DNA of 64,000 bases, taken from Eledone cirrhosa. Lineage: Eukaryota. Shown here in pieces: positions 58,720 to 64,000 of this stretch. The notes below the pieces were generated by a model. It had not been told where the DNA came from. It worked only from the letters and a program-made list of their open reading frames with translations, and did not search any database. A program made the translations under genes and the position numbers. The DNA is taken from assembly GCA_964016885.1 (NCBI GenBank), contig OZ024755.1, forward strand, positions 3,720,001 through 3,784,000, given 5' to 3'. Each line of letters opens with the position of its first letter. Position 1 is the first letter of the stretch.

Positions 58720-60999
58720 GCTCTGTTCGGACGTCCTTTTTGCTCGCTCCCAGTAAGTCGTTTATTTACCTGTTATAATTATTTGTTGCTTAATTTTTCT
58801 TGTTGTGTAAGGGATATAAGTCCTTGGACCATGCCCTGTGAAGGGGTAAGTATAATAATAGTTGGGCCTTTTGGCCCAAATATTTGAACATTTTACTTTT
58901 GAAAATTAAAAAAAAAAAACATGGCTGAGCCACGCCCCCAGCTATATGTCTGCTGTCGTGTGACAACGGCGTAAAACTTGAGAGTAAGGTTAGTGGAATT
59001 CATACAACAAACACCACCACAAACAACGTGAACAAAGACAACAACACTGAGAACACTAATTTTAAAAAAATTACCACACCAACTACAGCAATAACAGCGT
59101 CAACCAAAATACAGGCAACAGAAAAAAATGACAACAAATGCAACAACGAGAAAATAAACAACGATAACAGCAACAATACAAATTGCACCGAAAATAACAA
59201 GAACGATGGCACCAAGAACACAACCAACTACAACAGTGATAACAGCAACAACACCAACAACACCGTTTGTAGCAGTAGCAACAGCACCAACAACAAGACC
59301 AGTAGCAGCAGTAGCGGCAGCAATAATGGTGCCGCTGAAAAAGGGGCCACTTCGCAGGTGTGGCCCGAAATATAGAGACAGTGCTAGTCACGGAGGAGGA
59401 GATGGCAGTGACAAGAGCCATGGTGTCAAGAAACGACAAGCATCACCACCAGCATCACCAAAAACACCAACATCGCAAACAACAAAACACACACACACCC
59501 ATCAGCAACAACAAGAAAACAGCAACAAAATCCCCCCTCCTCCCCAAAAAGTACACAGCCATAAACATGGCAAATAAAGAACTCTTACAACATATAAAGC
59601 AGCACACAGACGTCACAGAAAAAAAACTACTACACCCCACCAACGCCAAGAACTCTCCCGACAAACATAAACATCATTGAAATCAAAATAGAACATTACA
59701 AACTTTTAAAACAAAAATTCCCTAACGCTGTTGGAGACTTCAGAGGGTCGGTTACTAGAGGATATACACCGACATCCTCTTGGAAACACCCATGACCAGC
59801 CAAAGGGATGGTTCTATTGTCCCTTCACCACACGATCAAGGTAAGTGATCCTTTCTCACTTACCCCGCTTCTCATCCAACATGGCCGTACTTAGAATAGG
59901 CAGTATAAATGCACGTGGCCTGGGGTCATCTTGGAAGCAGGGTCACCTGCTCAACGACCTCAGGTCACTAAATATAGATGTGGTGGCCATCAGCGAGACC
60001 AGAATCTCCGAAGCACGAGCCTTCGCAACGATCTTCGGCGGCTACGATGTATACGCATCTCCTAGCCGTCCAGGATCGGGGGGAGGGGTTGCCATGCTTT
60101 TTCGGAGAGGCTTGGATCACGCTATACGGGCCATCTTCCTGGACACAGAAGGTAAGTCGGTGGTGCTGGACGTGGCCGGCAGCGAAGGCAATGTTTTCAG
60201 GCTAGTAGCCGTCTAGGCTCCAACAGGGACAGGACGGCCAGATTTCTTCAGACATCTAGAGACCTTTCTCGGAACGTCCCGTTCTTTAAAGTTAGTGGGC
60301 GACTGGAACTGTATCTTAGATGCACGCTGGAATTATGTGGGGCTAGTAGACAGGGCAGGAGGGTGTAAAAGCCTCAACAACCTGCTCAGACGTTTTGAAC
60401 TGTCTGACAGGTATAGACTGGATTATCCGAATGTGCCAATGTGGACATGGGCAAACCGCATTGGGTCATCCAGATCGTATTTAGATAGAGTATTCTGTAG
60501 GGAAACAGATAAGGCTAGTGTAGGCTGTCCGCAATTTAAAGTAGTCGACTACACGGACCACAATTTGTGATCTGTGAAGTTGACTTAGATAGACTCCATA
60601 GGCAAGGGCCCGGCTACTGGAAGCTGAACGCGTCGTTCCCGGCACGCAAAGCTTACAGAGACCGGATTAGCGAATTAGTAAAGCGTGCGTTGACGGGTGC
60701 GATCGTCAACAACAGATGGCGGTTTACCCTGAAAAGGGCTATTAGAGTAGAATCGATAGGGTTTAGCAAAGGAGTAGTGATAGGGGAAAATAGAGTAGAG
60801 GGAGAGTTAGTTAGAAAGCATTTGAACAATTAGTTAGAAAGCATTGGATCAATCTCAAGCATTTGATAGGGTCGACCATCGGTACCTAACTGCGGTCCTC
60901 GAGGCGGCCGGCTTCGGGCCCGTTTTTAGGGTTTATCGTCCTGTACTGTTCTGTGCCGTCTCTAATGTTTTTCTTCATATTAGCCCTTGTGGCCAATAA
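58720..60999 (+). mobile_element. Tx1/L1-clade non-LTR retrotransposon, decayed, RT domain deleted
   Basis: Low-complexity ORF1 remnant (~58921-59870), then an APE endonuclease from 59881. 20-nt direct repeat at 58674-58693 and 61000-61019. Confidence 0.8.
59881..60830 (+). pseudogene. ORF2 apurinic-like endonuclease domain, disrupted
   Basis: Motifs SINARGL, DVVAISET, GGGVA, VAV*AP (stop at 60214), GDWN, SYLDRVF, TDH, then a frameshift and GPGYWKLN. Confidence 0.85.
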
Positions 61000-61089
61000 A
61001 GAAACCATTATTATTAGTAATAGTAGTAATATAAGCGACAGCAATAACAGTTCTAACTGACTGCAACATTTCAAAAGGAAATCTCTTCG

Positions 61090-61305
61090 TTTCCCTCACC
61101 ACCCCCCCACTGTACTGTCCCCCCCCACTGTTTCTCTCACACACCCTCCCTACTGTTTCTCCCCCCTCCCTACTGTTTCCCTCACCCCTCTACTGTCCCC
61201 CCTTACTGTTTCTCTCACCCCCACCCCACTGTTTATCTCACCCTCCCCTACTGTTTCCCCCCACCCTACTGTTTCTCTCACCCCCTCCTACTGTTTGTCT
61301 CACCT
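61090..61305 (+). repeat. Degenerate ~20-bp repeat CCCTACTGTTTCTCTCAC
   Basis: About ten copies. Confidence 0.8.
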
Positions 61306-61620
61306 TCACTAACTCTACTTTTTACATTCATGAAACCAATACATATCACACAAAGCCCATAACTTCCAATTCACACATTTCAGTATTGTAATTACTACCC
61401 ATTCTCTTACATTCTCTTCTACTCTTCACGCTACTTCAATATTACTAATCTCCACGCACCCTCTCTCTCCCCCTCTAACCCTCTCTCTCCCCCTCTCTCA
61501 TTTTATTTTACCTCCATCCAGAGACATTCATATAAACCTATTGTTTATTGATAGTGCTACATACTTTCAATCTGGACATAAAAGTTCGAATACACTAGAA
61601 GGAAAAACCTATAATAATTA

Positions 61621-62100
61621 TAATTGTTTCTACTTTTTGGCACAAGACCAGCAATTACCCCAGTGCATTACTGGTACTTTATTTTATCGACCCCGTAAGG
61701 ATGAAAGGCAAAGTTAATCTCGGCGAGATTTGAACTCAGACCATAAAGGGCCGTAACTCTTTGCTGCAAAGCATGGCGTCCGACCCTCTACCGATACTGC
61801 CAATCCACCGCTTACATAGTTTCTTACAAGGCCAGTAATTTGGGGGAGGGGAAATTCGATTAAATCTACCCCAGTGCATTACTGGTACTTTATGCTATCG
61901 ACCCCGTAAGGATGAAAGGCAAAGTTAACCTCGGCGGGTTTTGAACTCAGAATGTAAAGGGACATAACTCTATGCTACAAAGCATGATGTCTGACGTTCT
62001 ACCGATACTGCCAACCCACCGCATTATAATGGTTTCTGATTTTAGGAACAAGGCCAGTAATTTTGGTGGGGAGGAGAAAATCGATTAAATCGATCCCAGT
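61621..62100 (-). mobile_element. Three head-to-tail SINE A copies
   Basis: Copies at 61621-61810, 61817-62021 and 62028-62100. Confidence 0.9.
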
Positions 62101-62182
62101 ACACAGAGAAAGAGAGAGAGAGAGAGAGAGAGTGGAATAATAATTGGAAATGATCAAAAAGAAAACTCATGTCGTATTGATT

Positions 62183-62290
62183 AAAATGGCGGGAAATCTA
62201 AAAATGGAAACCATTTTGAAACGGCAATAAAGCAATTTGAATGTAGGTGTCGCTGTAATAGCTGTAAGGTAATTTTGTGTCCGGAAAGAC
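62183..62290 (+). promoter_or_regulatory. Candidate promoter or first non-coding exon of a plus-strand gene
   Basis: AAAATGGCGGGAAA (overlapping YY1 and E2F sites), TTTGAAA, donor AAG|GTAATT at 62269, CCGGAA at 62281. Confidence 0.35.
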
Positions 62291-62839
62291 GCACAACAGC
62301 CGGGGTGGGTGGAGATTGGAGCTATTTTAACCATTACTTCGATTGCTCAATATAATATATATTTGAAGTTATGGATAATTATTGAACCAAAGCTCTTGTT
62401 TGTGGGAGAACAAAAAAGCAAAATCATAGTTCAGAGATACGTACATGCGCACACACACACACACATACATACATACATACATATACACATACATAGACAC
62501 ACGTGTATACATAGTTCAGAGATTAAAAATAAATAATACAAAGGTTTTAGTCCGTTTGTTGTTTTAGTGTTTGTATTTGTCTTGTTGTTGTTATTGTTGT
62601 AGTATTTGTTGTTATTGTTGTAGTATTTGTTATTGTTGTTGTTGTATTTATTTTTTGCTGTTGTTGTATTTGTTGTTACTGTTGTTATATTTGTTGTTGT
62701 ATGTGTTGTTGTTGTATTTAATATAAAAAAAAAATGAGACAAAAAAAACAGTACAGACTAAAATATAAAACAAATCAAACAAAACGAAAAAATCACACCA
62801 AAAAAGAAAAAAAGAAAAAGAAAAACTACTCGAATCTAT

Positions 62840-63140
62840 ATACATAAACACATTGATTCTCTATATATACACTCACCTCTATGCATAAACACATTGACTA
62901 GATATATATACACCCACCTCTATACATAAACACATTGATTCTCTCTATATACACACCTCTATACATAAACACATTAACTCTATATATACACTCACTTCTA
63001 TACATAAACACATTGATTCTCTATATACACACTTCTATATATAAACACATTAACTCTCTATATATACACACTTCTATACATAAACACATTGACTATATAT
63101 ATATATATATACACACACTCACTTCTAGACATAAACACAT
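62840..63140 (+). repeat. ~38-42-bp minisatellite
   Basis: ACATAAACACATTGA.. recurs about eight times. Confidence 0.85.
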
Positions 63141-64000
63141 TTTGGGGAGGGGGAAAGTCCATTAAATCGACCCCAGTATGTTACTGGTACTTTATTTTAT
63201 CAATCATGTAAGGATGAAAGGTAAAGCTAATAGTAATAATAATTGTTTCTACTTTTGGCACAAGGCCAGCAATTACCCAGTGTATTACTGGTACTTTATT
63301 TTATCGGCCCCGTAAGGATGAAAGGCAAAGTTAACCTCGGCGGGATTTGAACTCAGAACGTAAAGGAACGTAACTCTATGCTTCAAAGCATGGTGTCCGA
63401 CACTCTACCGATACTGCCAATCCACCACCTTTTAGTAGTAGTAGCAGTAGTAGTAGTAGTAGTAGTAGTAGTAATAATGACAAACATAAATATACAAAAC
63501 AAATAAACAAAATCAAAACAAAATTAATTCGTAATTTTATGCAAGTCCAACATTTCATGTCGTCTACTTCAGTGATAGACAACCCGATACTCTAAACTAA
63601 TGCAATCAGATATTATTTCAAACAGCAAATTATTTGAGATCGTAATCATGTTTTCAACTAGCAACATAACTGTAGTTTTAAGTAGTTTTATGTATAAGGA
63701 AACAGTAAAAGCTATGCTAGATATCTCAACACATATTTACCTGTTTAGACATGAATGTCTGCTATCAAGTTTCGCTTACATGTATTTATGTTTTTATCGT
63801 GTATCGATCTATTACCACGCACGTTTCATAGATGATTGGCTCTAGGTCGTCCATGGAAGTTATAAACCCGACCCCAACATCAGACTGAATCACTTACATT
63901 ATGTTAACTTTGCCTTTCATCCTTACGGGGTCGATAAAATAAAGTACCAGTAATGCACTGGGATAATTGCTGGCCTTGTGCCAAAAGTAGAAACAATTAT
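63137..64000. mobile_element. SINE A copies 63137-63230(-), 63240-63430(-), 63903-64000(+)
   Basis: Family consensus. Confidence 0.85.

Overview
AT-rich, microsatellite- and transposon-dense animal genomic DNA. The SINE and microsatellite landscape suggests an octopod cephalopod (inference). The only host coding sequence I can support is one minus-strand exon (13187-13380) matching the N-terminus of TBC1D32/BROMI (broad-minded), a ciliary Hedgehog regulator. The rest is about 35 copies of a tRNA-derived SINE, a second CORE-like SINE, RTE LINE fragments, a decayed and internally deleted Tx1/L1-type element, hAT/mariner/piggyBac-type MITEs, minisatellites and very long microsatellites. Nearly all long ORFs in the track are repeat artefacts. 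The main unexplained signals are: (1) remnants of roughly six to seven different minimal hammerhead-ribozyme, Penelope-like terminal repeats in or beside (TA)n; (2) fold-back palindromes in unrelated retroelement families, centred on native RNA stem-loops and ending at (TA)n; (3) an inverted-repeat element with two convergent tRNA-like units; (4) a satellite made from a SINE head. Coordinates were read by eye and repeat boundaries are approximate.
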